A DNA stretch of 64,000 bases, from the NCBI GenBank assembly GCA_963714525.1, contig CAVQPB010000021.1, positions 16,149 through 80,148 of the forward strand, written 5' to 3'. The number at the start of each line of letters is the position of its first letter. Positions within the stretch are counted from its first letter, which is position 1. This DNA comes from an uncultured Pseudomonadota bacterium. GTDB lineage: Bacteria; Pseudomonadota; Gammaproteobacteria; Burkholderiales; JALYOK01. Below are positions 27,441 through 34,689 of this stretch, in pieces. The position numbers were made by a program, and so were the translations under genes. The notes under the pieces were generated by a model. It was not told the DNA's origin and made no database searches. It saw only the letters and a list, made by a program, of their open reading frames with translations.

Positions 27441-29057
27441 GTGCGGACTAAGACTCGAACTGAATCACCACAGTCGTGGTTGAAGAATGCACTGTCGTCT
27501 TGGATCACGGGGCTAGTGTTTGGTTTGATTGTCGCCGTGGTTTTAGTTTTCGTGACGGTCACGAATCTCTCTCGTATAGAAGACCGCGGAACTGATCTGG
27601 GAAATGTACTATTGGTGAAATTGAGGGAAGCTGCGTTTAAAGTCACTCTGGACTCTGAGCTTCCAAGAAAAGCAGAGATGGAGATCGGCGCAAAAAAGCA
27701 GAGCGAGGCCGATCTAGTTCAGGGCTATGTCTTTATAGACATTGATCCCGGCGGTATTCGCTCGGCACAGCATCTGGTCAAGACGGACATCGACATAGCC
27801 TCCACAACGGCAGGGGCAAGTGCAAGTGAGGACGCTTGCGCCGCCTTGGTATCTGCACTTGGTACCAAATACCGCTTACCACCCGCAAGATCGGATGGCC
27901 AAAGCGGCAACGTTGAACTGAACTGCAGTCAGCATCGTTCACCTAATCGTTACTTGCTTGCTGAGATTGTTTCTGAGCTCACGCAACGTAAGCCAAGGCT
28001 CATAGTCCTGGATTTCGTTCTATACGATGACCCAGGGATTTTCTCAGAGCAAGAAAACAAGGCGCTTAGAGGTGCGCTTGAGCAATCCAAAGTTCCTGTA
28101 TTTTTTGTTGCGCCGTATTTGTATCAGCGGAGCGAAGGCGATATTCATTGGTTGACTCGCGATTCCGTCGGCCTTTTTCTGCCTCATAAGCGCTCGGCCC
28201 ACGTGCATGCGCTCCCGCATTTCCCCGTGCCTGGTGAGCCAGTGCGCGCTTTCCCAGAGTGCTATCGAGTAACACCGGGACCAGGCGAAGGCGGGACGAA
28301 GGCGATTTCAAGCCTACCTCATGCCGTAGCTACAACAGTGCGAACTGGCGAAGTGGCTCTCGGGAGTGTCTGCCCAGACTTCCCTCAACGAACACGTGGC
28401 AACGCGAAGATCGTCACGAACGAGAGAATTATCTATACATTGCCCGGTAGCATCGAACATGTCGACGGCAAATCTGAGACTGATTTCGCGCTAGCGGCCA
28501 AATACAATCGCCTCTACGTGCGCTGCCTCGCGGAGAATCTCTGGAAATCAGAAGCGCTTTGCTCCCAAGAGCAAACGTTTCACGGGAAAGTCGTCGTGCT
28601 CGGAGTCTCGAATCCGACGCGAAAGGATATTCTCCAGACGCCGTTAGGACAAATGCCGGGGGCTTTGGTAACGCTAAATGCGATTAGAAGCTACGTTCTG
28701 TACCCAAACCTTGAGGAGAGAAGCATAGCGCTAAAGTTAGTTGAGAAGACGTCAGTTACTCTTGCTTGTTCGCTCGTATGGCTAGGGTACTGGCTTCTCT
28801 ACTACCGCCGCGTTGCGATGAGCAAGAGTCGCGGAATAGCAGCCTGGTGCACGACAATGATCAGTTTCACGGTTTGCGGCGTAGCCGTTTGCATGCTGGC
28901 GGTTTGGCTTAGCTTACAGCTGCATTCGCCGCCCAAATTGGACATACTGCTTCCCATTCTCGCCATCGGGCTTGAAGTCTACGGGGAGGGCGCAAGATGG
29001 GTAATAAATCACACCCATGAGTTCGTGGACGGGATCCTTCGAAAGGTGTTCAAATGA
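27441..29057 (+). CDS. CHASE2 domain-containing membrane protein without output domain
   Basis: GTG start 6 nt after AGGA. There is one N-terminal TM helix and a hydrophilic region of about 395 aa. That region carries CHASE2-like motifs (YVFIDIDPGG, PRLIVLDFVLYDD, GKVVVLGVSNPTRKDILQTPLGQMPGALVTLNAI). Three C-terminal TM helices follow, with only 24 residues after them. Confidence 0.8.
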   Translation: MRTKTRTESPQSWLKNALSSWITGLVFGLIVAVVLVFVTVTNLSRIEDRGTDLGNVLLVKLREAAFKVTLDSELPRKAEMEIGAKKQSEADLVQGYVFIDIDPGGIRSAQHLVKTDIDIASTTAGASASEDACAALVSALGTKYRLPPARSDGQSGNVELNCSQHRSPNRYLLAEIVSELTQRKPRLIVLDFVLYDDPGIFSEQENKALRGALEQSKVPVFFVAPYLYQRSEGDIHWLTRDSVGLFLPHKRSAHVHALPHFPVPGEPVRAFPECYRVTPGPGEGGTKAISSLPHAVATTVRTGEVALGSVCPDFPQRTRGNAKIVTNERIIYTLPGSIEHVDGKSETDFALAAKYNRLYVRCLAENLWKSEALCSQEQTFHGKVVVLGVSNPTRKDILQTPLGQMPGALVTLNAIRSYVLYPNLEERSIALKLVEKTSVTLACSLVWLGYWLLYYRRVAMSKSRGIAAWCTTMISFTVCGVAVCMLAVWLSLQLHSPPKLDILLPILAIGLEVYGEGARWVINHTHEFVDGILRKVFK

Positions 29058-30019
29058 TCCGCAGCATACTTAGCTTTCTGCACTTGGTATGTGTTTTAAC
29101 AGTTATGTCGCTGACTACACCGAGTCGCGCAGACACCGATTCACCCCAATGCGAGAGAAATCCCTTGAGCGTTCGATACTCGATCGAGCGAATTCTTCCG
29201 CCAAAGGGCAAAGTTATTATTCGTGCGATCAAAGGAGGCAATGAACGGATCACCGGCATAGGTGGGTGCATCGGCCCTGGCGAAACATTGATTTTGCCGG
29301 ACGATGTGGCATTGGTGGATGTTTTCGATGGCAGCAACGTCCTGCAGTGCAGTCGCGGCAATTGCCGGCTGGAGGCCAAGGATAGCTTCGGTGAAGCTGT
29401 CGCCGGTGCATTACGGTTTATAGCTCGCACGTACGCAGCATTGAGTCGTCCACCTACCCAGGATTTGCCCAAGGTTCCAGCCATTCGGGGCGAGGAGGAG
29501 GCAGTCGAGGCCAACGTACTAAGGCCTGTTGTCGCCCTTTCAGTGCCGGTCGCCCAAAAGATATCGCTTGCCACCGAGAATCTCGTCGTTGGGTGGCGGG
29601 ACGGCAAAGGGCCCGTTTGGGAATGTCGCGCTACCCGTATATCATCGATGCGGCGTTCAGCAGGATCCACTGCGTTGGGCACTGTAACAAGCGACTCGGA
29701 TCAATGGTGCGTGCTGAAGCTTGTCGGTATTGATGCGGGCGATACTATAGAACTCGAACTCTCCGATGGGTCGGGATCGACCGTGGTGTGGAAAATCACT
29801 GTCGTATCCTCGTCTGATGTACCTCTGCCGCCGTGGGCGGAGACCGGCCCCGTACTCCAGGGTCCGCCAGACGAAACAGCATGGGCGCTATGGTTGCTGC
29901 AGTCAAAACCCGAGTGGCGGCTTTACGTTTTGGCGGAGCTCTATCGATTGCAGCAACATCAGTGGCTTGCTGGCCACGTGCTACGGCGCATCCTGAGCGA
30001 GAGCGAATTAGCGCGATAA
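29054..30019 (+). CDS. secreted hypothetical protein (321 aa), translationally coupled to the CHASE2 gene
   Basis: The ATG overlaps the upstream stop (ATGA at 29054-29057). The signal peptide is MIRSILSFLHLVCVLTVMSLTTPSRA/DT. The mature part has six Cys. The N-terminal segment KGKVIIRAIKGG...PGETLILPDDVALVDVFDGSNVL is weakly FecR-like. No confident family was recognised. Confidence 0.7.
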   Translation: MIRSILSFLHLVCVLTVMSLTTPSRADTDSPQCERNPLSVRYSIERILPPKGKVIIRAIKGGNERITGIGGCIGPGETLILPDDVALVDVFDGSNVLQCSRGNCRLEAKDSFGEAVAGALRFIARTYAALSRPPTQDLPKVPAIRGEEEAVEANVLRPVVALSVPVAQKISLATENLVVGWRDGKGPVWECRATRISSMRRSAGSTALGTVTSDSDQWCVLKLVGIDAGDTIELELSDGSGSTVVWKITVVSSSDVPLPPWAETGPVLQGPPDETAWALWLLQSKPEWRLYVLAELYRLQQHQWLAGHVLRRILSESELAR

Positions 30020-30053
30020 CCGCGCACCAGTTATCCATTGCGAAATCTCTCAT

Positions 30054-33000
30054 TTACCGCCCATATAGAACGAACGGTGCCCAGAAGTAAGGGTGCCGAT
30101 CCACCGGATCTGATGAGTCCAAGAATTCTCTCTTGGTTTCAGCAAGAGCCTGAGCTACCGCGTGGCGTGGATTTGTTCTTTCAAGCTCTGGCAGCCGTGC
30201 GAGAAAAACTGTAACAAAGCGCGCAGACCGCTTGTCGTCCACTGGCCAGAGTGTCGCTACCGTGTTGGCATTGCCCGCTACGTAGAGCGCATAAGCAAGT
30301 CCGATCAATCCTTCTCCGCCAACGGTGCGACCGCGAGCTGTATCGCAGGCCGAGAGAATTGTCAGGTAGCTTCTAAGGGTCAAGTTCGCCCACTCGCCGG
30401 TCGTCACATAACCGTCCCTTGCTGGAGTGTCATCTTCAAATCTCAATACAAGCCCTGACCTTGAGGGCGCACACGGATCGAAATAGCCGTGAGCAGAGAA
30501 CAGCACGTGACGGTAGTTGGCGAGGTCACCATTACTCGAGATCGTCCGCAGCTTTGTTTCGGTAGCGTCATTTTGTGTTATCGCCTCGTGGTCTTGCAGT
30601 TTGAACAACGCCTTAGCGTCCGAAATCTCTTTGGCCGAATAATTCAGATTCTTCCATGGCTCTTTGGTCTTCGCGCATTCATTCGTGCGATACGTGGGAG
30701 GAGTACCTTTGTAGTTAGGATCCCCGAAGGCCAATAGGGGCCGCAGCGCTTGGGCTGATTCGCCCTCAGCTTGCTGATTCTGGATGCGCTGTTGTACGAG
30801 TTTTAGGACTGAGAACGAGTGAATCAGACTTAGATCGAAGCTGGCTATGAGCGGCTGGCCCTCGACCTTTAGAACATCAAACGCCAGCAACCCAAGCGGG
30901 CCGTCAGGCGAGATGATGATTCGCCTCTTGCCGACGAGCTTGGCTTTCAGTGGTTCGATTAACTTGTTGCTCAGAAAGACTATAAGCGGGTCGCCCGCAT
31001 TCTTACCTTCGGGGGTACTCGATTCAAGAATCCGAGCCCCTGGGGGCACGCAATCCCCTCCGACTGGACTGCCACCCGCATCGCTGAACGAACCGATACT
31101 CTTCATGGGCCTCAGGTTGCCCCACGTGTCATTTGTTCGAACCCGCGAAAGAGCGCGTTGTGGCTTAAGGTCCTCTTGGGGACAAGGCTTTCGTTCGGGA
31201 ACCGAGCGCCAGCGGCGTACGCCGTTCTCCTCCCAGGAGGCCAACGGTGAAGCTTTCCCTGCTGGTTGGCCAATCCACTTGCGCAGAGCTTCAACGGAGT
31301 CGCCCAGTCCTGGTATCGAACCCAGATCGAACCAGCCCACGTTGCTCTCGTTATCTAGAGTCAACGCAAAGACTCGTTGCCCGTCAACGACCATGTAGCT
31401 AACGAAGAGTTCGTCGGGCGAAAGCAGTTGAGGGGCATCGGGAACCGCCGCAAATTCAATCTCAGTTACTTTGGCGAAACGCGGATGCTCTTTCTTCAGT
31501 TTCGCACGCAAATCGCTTTCCTCCCGATCGAGACGCTTGAGGATATTGCGCGCTTCTTGATCTTCGGACTTCGCAAGGCGAACCTCTATCGCGGTGATTT
31601 GGTCGTTGAGATCCTGGAGACGTTTGGCGTCCGTATCGGGTATGATTCCAGAACGTAGAGTTTCGGATTCGGCCATTTGCTCTAAAAGAGTGCGTGCCTT
31701 TGTCATCTCTAAGATCTCGAAGGCCTCATTAGGTTGACCAGCCTGGTTGAGCGCAAAGGCAAAGGATTGGTATTGGGACATGTAGCGCTCAAATTGTTGT
31801 CGCTGCATGCTGCGGGATTCGGATCCAGCATGGACTCGAACCTGCTCAACGACATCAACGAACCGCGCCCACATTTTTAAAGCGTCAGAGTGTTTTCCAG
31901 ATAAGTACATTGTCTCTGCAAGTGCAGCTAGATGTTTCGCCGAGTTTGGATGGCGCCCGGGAAAATGCTGAGAGTGCACCTTCAATATGTCTTCAAACAA
32001 CGGAAGCGCCTCAGAGATCATGTTCTGTTCGCGCAGCGCGATTGCGTAGCTAAACGCTACGCTTAGGTGGTGCTTATATAACTCTGGGCGACTCGGGCCA
32101 TAAACCTCGTATGCTCTCCTAAAAGATGCCAATGCCTCTTTATCCTTGCCTTCGATTCGATAGAATTCTCCCAGAATGGAATCTAGCGAGGATTGGTTTA
32201 TTGCATTCAACTCTTGTTCTACTGCCGCATTGGGTGCAGACGCTGCCGCATCCTTCTCCAAAGCTTTCCACGCAACAATAAGCCTATCCACAATGGGCCG
32301 TGCCTTGTCTATTTGCTCCGTAGCGAGGAGTATGGCCAGATAGTAAAGCAACGCCGTAGGATCCTCTCTAGCAGACTGAATTTCATTGATAGCCCCTTCC
32401 TCACCAACGTTATTTCCTTCCCCAGATTCAGGATTCGGCACGACTAGCGCTTCGTCGGGAACCGGCCAATGTTCTTGCATGAACCGTCTTGCATCCTCTA
32501 TCTGCTTAAACTGCAGCAAGGCGTTCAGGTACAGGATGCGGGCCGTATACTGCAACATTGCGAAGTTCTGATCCATCTTTGACGTCGACCAAAATTCTTC
32601 GAACAGCCGTAGGCCCTTGGTCGATCCCCCGACCGTTACTAATTCATTGGCGTAAAGCAATAGCGCCTGCATCGTATTGACATGATCGGGCCCGCAGCTT
32701 TTCTTAACCTCACCGTAGTAACCCGCCACCTTATCCAGATAAGCCGACAACTCGCCATTTGACCGCAGCTTTTCCAACTCTTTTTGAACTTCGAGTGCTG
32801 CGGTACTTGCAGCGCGGAGTTCTTGGGCCTGTTTCTTTAGCTGTTCCGATCGCTGTTCGAGTTGTCGGAGAAGTTCGGCCGAGTCGCCCGGGGTCGTCTG
32901 AGGTATGGGTGCTTGGCGCACGTGCGGTTCTTGCAGGCCCGAAGCGCATGTCAGAGGCACGGGCAGGCTCTGGGATCGAGCGAGCACGGAACACGTTAGG

Positions 33001-33110
33001 ATCAGTCCGCAGCAAAACAGATAGGTTAGTTGCCGAGTCGGCTGGCAGCGCCACAGTCTAAGACTATGGCGGAAAGCCTTAATCACCGCAGTCCAAGAAT
33101 TACGCCCCAT
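30054..33110 (-). CDS. TPR repeat- and CHAT domain-containing caspase-like protease with N-terminal signal/anchor (1018 aa)
   Basis: ATG at 33110 is preceded by AAGGAGG. The N-terminus is ...RLWRCQPTRQLTYLFCCGLILTCSVLA/RS, followed by a coiled coil and TPR-like repeats. The C-terminal CHAT domain has His (FSAHGYF, codon 30489-30491) and Cys (LSACDTA, codon 30345-30347). Confidence 0.9.
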   Translation of the reverse strand: MGRNSWTAVIKAFRHSLRLWRCQPTRQLTYLFCCGLILTCSVLARSQSLPVPLTCASGLQEPHVRQAPIPQTTPGDSAELLRQLEQRSEQLKKQAQELRAASTAALEVQKELEKLRSNGELSAYLDKVAGYYGEVKKSCGPDHVNTMQALLLYANELVTVGGSTKGLRLFEEFWSTSKMDQNFAMLQYTARILYLNALLQFKQIEDARRFMQEHWPVPDEALVVPNPESGEGNNVGEEGAINEIQSAREDPTALLYYLAILLATEQIDKARPIVDRLIVAWKALEKDAAASAPNAAVEQELNAINQSSLDSILGEFYRIEGKDKEALASFRRAYEVYGPSRPELYKHHLSVAFSYAIALREQNMISEALPLFEDILKVHSQHFPGRHPNSAKHLAALAETMYLSGKHSDALKMWARFVDVVEQVRVHAGSESRSMQRQQFERYMSQYQSFAFALNQAGQPNEAFEILEMTKARTLLEQMAESETLRSGIIPDTDAKRLQDLNDQITAIEVRLAKSEDQEARNILKRLDREESDLRAKLKKEHPRFAKVTEIEFAAVPDAPQLLSPDELFVSYMVVDGQRVFALTLDNESNVGWFDLGSIPGLGDSVEALRKWIGQPAGKASPLASWEENGVRRWRSVPERKPCPQEDLKPQRALSRVRTNDTWGNLRPMKSIGSFSDAGGSPVGGDCVPPGARILESSTPEGKNAGDPLIVFLSNKLIEPLKAKLVGKRRIIISPDGPLGLLAFDVLKVEGQPLIASFDLSLIHSFSVLKLVQQRIQNQQAEGESAQALRPLLAFGDPNYKGTPPTYRTNECAKTKEPWKNLNYSAKEISDAKALFKLQDHEAITQNDATETKLRTISSNGDLANYRHVLFSAHGYFDPCAPSRSGLVLRFEDDTPARDGYVTTGEWANLTLRSYLTILSACDTARGRTVGGEGLIGLAYALYVAGNANTVATLWPVDDKRSARFVTVFLARLPELERTNPRHAVAQALAETKREFLDSSDPVDRHPYFWAPFVLYGR

Positions 33111-33180
33111 TTCGAGACCTCCTTTGCACCAAAGAAGGGGGTACGACTTAAATAGTGCCCCGAGTGCGATCATCGTACGC

Positions 33181-33199
33181 CGACACCCCGGGAGTGTCG
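33181..33199. promoter_or_regulatory. 19-bp near-perfect palindrome upstream of the CHAT gene (possible operator)
   Basis: In CGACACCCCGGGAGTGTCG, 8 of 9 symmetric pairs are complementary. It lies 71-89 nt upstream of the ATG at 33110. Confidence 0.25.
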
Positions 33200-33518
33200 A
33201 GCCTGCCTTGCCTTGAGGGCCACTTGCCACATACCAGGGTCTGCGAACAACAGTTGGTCATGAACAGTCTAGCGGGAGGGAGCCGATCTTTGCGCTTCAT
33301 AATGCCAGGTCTGTGTTAGTCGGTGTTTTTGGCCATACTTTCTCGCTGCACGACGGCTTTCAGCGGTGCAGTGTTTGAAAGCCACTCGTACGGACAGGGT
33401 CGAAAATCGGGCAGCATGTTTTTTTACACTAGTTCGCGTTTCAGGAAGACGTGAAGTGTGCGCTTTGCGATTGTGAGCCGAAGCGCCGCGACCTTACGTC
33501 AGCTATGTGAATGGTGCC

Positions 33519-33540
33519 GACATCGTGTTGTGCGGCGCAA
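33519..33540 (+). repeat. 22-nt direct repeat, right copy (GACATCGTGTTGTGCGGCGCAA)
   Basis: Matches 26608-26629 at 20/22 positions. It lies about 50 nt from the mau-operon terminator. Confidence 0.5.
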
Positions 33541-33587
33541 TGGTGCACTAAGGGTCGCTCCCTTCCATTGATGCTGTGAATACTCAT

Positions 33588-33611
33588 AAAAAACGGTGCT
33601 CATCAAGCACC
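33588..33611 (-). terminator. Rho-independent terminator of the amine dehydrogenase operon
   Basis: The minus strand reads GGTGCT-TGATG-AGCACC followed by GTTTTTT, 9 nt after the cytochrome c stop. Confidence 0.7.
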
Positions 33612-33619
33612 AAAGTACG

Positions 33620-34081
33620 CTAGCGAATGCTAAACCCTAGATCGCGCAGTTCGGCGGCGAGAAGTTTTCGTTTGCTGGGAATATCGGCAGGGCGAGATTT
33701 GCGGTAGCGCTTTGCTTCTTCTGCGCTGTAGGGAACAAAATTCTCTGGCAACGATGCGCCGGCAAACCGGGTAAGGATATAGTTGGTCACGTCGGCCGCG
33801 CGGGTATCGGGCATGCCGGCGCTGAGCAGGCCGGGAATCTGCATGAGATACGCGCGGCCCGCTTCGGTGCGCAGAAAATAGCCGACCTGATCTTTTAGCG
33901 CTGGGATGCCTTTATGTTCGAGGCCGCGTCCATCTTGCGCGTGGCATCCGGAGCAATGCAGTATGTAGTCGATGCGGCCTTGATTGGAATACGGTTGGTC
34001 GCCGGCGATAGCAATACTGCTTACGCAAACGAGAATTGCCGAGAACTTCATGCAGAATCCCCGGCGGCTTAATTTTTTCAT
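33620..34081 (-). CDS. monohaem c-type cytochrome (probable electron acceptor of the amine dehydrogenase)
   Basis: Single CSGCH haem-binding motif, signal peptide and distal Met context YLMQIPG. The start may be the internal Met at 34051. Confidence 0.8.
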   Translation of the reverse strand: MKKLSRRGFCMKFSAILVCVSSIAIAGDQPYSNQGRIDYILHCSGCHAQDGRGLEHKGIPALKDQVGYFLRTEAGRAYLMQIPGLLSAGMPDTRAADVTNYILTRFAGASLPENFVPYSAEEAKRYRKSRPADIPSKRKLLAAELRDLGFSIR

Positions 34082-34138
34082 GGGTTGGTGTTGCTTCAGG
34101 TAGATTCCGCGCGCATGCGGAATCTACCTACCACCGAC

Positions 34139-34663
34139 TTAGCCCGCAGCAGTGCCGACGATGGCCGACACGGTGCAGTGATACATGGTTTGAGTATTGG
34201 CCATGCACCAGTTGATATCGTTGTGCACACCCATGCGGTAGCCGGGGCGCTCCCGTTCGTTGAAGTTACAAAGGCAGCGTCCGCACGCGACCTTGCCGCA
34301 GCAATCGTTGTAGCTCACCAGATAGGCTTTGCCGTCCTTGGGATTTTGGCAGGTGCCGACCCAGGTGACTTTCGAAACTTCCGAGCCCGGCGGACATTGA
34401 CTGGTTGTACCGCCGCAGCAGTTACAAATAAAACCATCCAGCGCGCAGTTACGCCAATAATCGCAGGCCGCGGGATCGTCGCTGGTCGTCATCGCCGCCT
34501 GGGCTGTGCCGCCGGAACGGTCGAATGGCAGCATGGGCAACGCGGCGCCGGCGACCATCCATTTGCCGATGCGGGCGAGTGCGCTGCGCCGGCTGGTGAG
34601 TTGCGCCGTTTCGCGCACCCGGCGTTCGGCGAATTTGTCCATCCAGTCCTGAAGGTATTTCAT
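34139..34663 (-). CDS. mauA: TTQ-dependent amine dehydrogenase light (small) subunit
   Basis: Long Tat-like leader (SRRSALARIGKW). The Cys-rich core CDYWRNCALDGFICNCCGG...VTWVGTC...NDCCGK...INWCMA...YHCT aligns by eye to the methylamine dehydrogenase beta subunit, including both TTQ Trp contexts. Confidence 0.9.
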   Translation of the reverse strand: MKYLQDWMDKFAERRVRETAQLTSRRSALARIGKWMVAGAALPMLPFDRSGGTAQAAMTTSDDPAACDYWRNCALDGFICNCCGGTTSQCPPGSEVSKVTWVGTCQNPKDGKAYLVSYNDCCGKVACGRCLCNFNERERPGYRMGVHNDINWCMANTQTMYHCTVSAIVGTAAG

Positions 34664-34689
34664 GGTATTCCTCCGTCCCTCGATTTCGA

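Noticed and set aside
29054-30019. The 321-aa ORF as a bacterial gasdermin activated by the neighbouring caspase-like protease
   Set aside because: It carries a cleavable-looking signal peptide and is Cys-containing, which fits a periplasmic protein. Bacterial gasdermins as I know them are cytoplasmic, lack signal peptides and are usually encoded co-directionally just upstream of the protease. No sequence resemblance was noticed.
30054-33110. TPR-CHAT as the Csx29 protease of a type III-E CRISPR (Craspase) system
   Set aside because: No CRISPR repeat array, no gRAMP/Cas7-11-like giant gene and no other cas gene lies anywhere in the 64 kb. The predicted N-terminal export signal also does not fit a cytoplasmic Craspase partner.
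33111-33230. Upstream extension of the CHAT ORF to the Met at 33230
   Set aside because: The internal ATG at 33110 has a perfect AAGGAGG SD and yields a signal-peptide-like N-terminus. The extension has no SD and adds a non-descript 40 residues.
33620-34081. Cytochrome c downstream of mauA as MauG
   Set aside because: It is only 153 aa with a single CxxCH motif. MauG is a dihaem enzyme of about 40 kDa.
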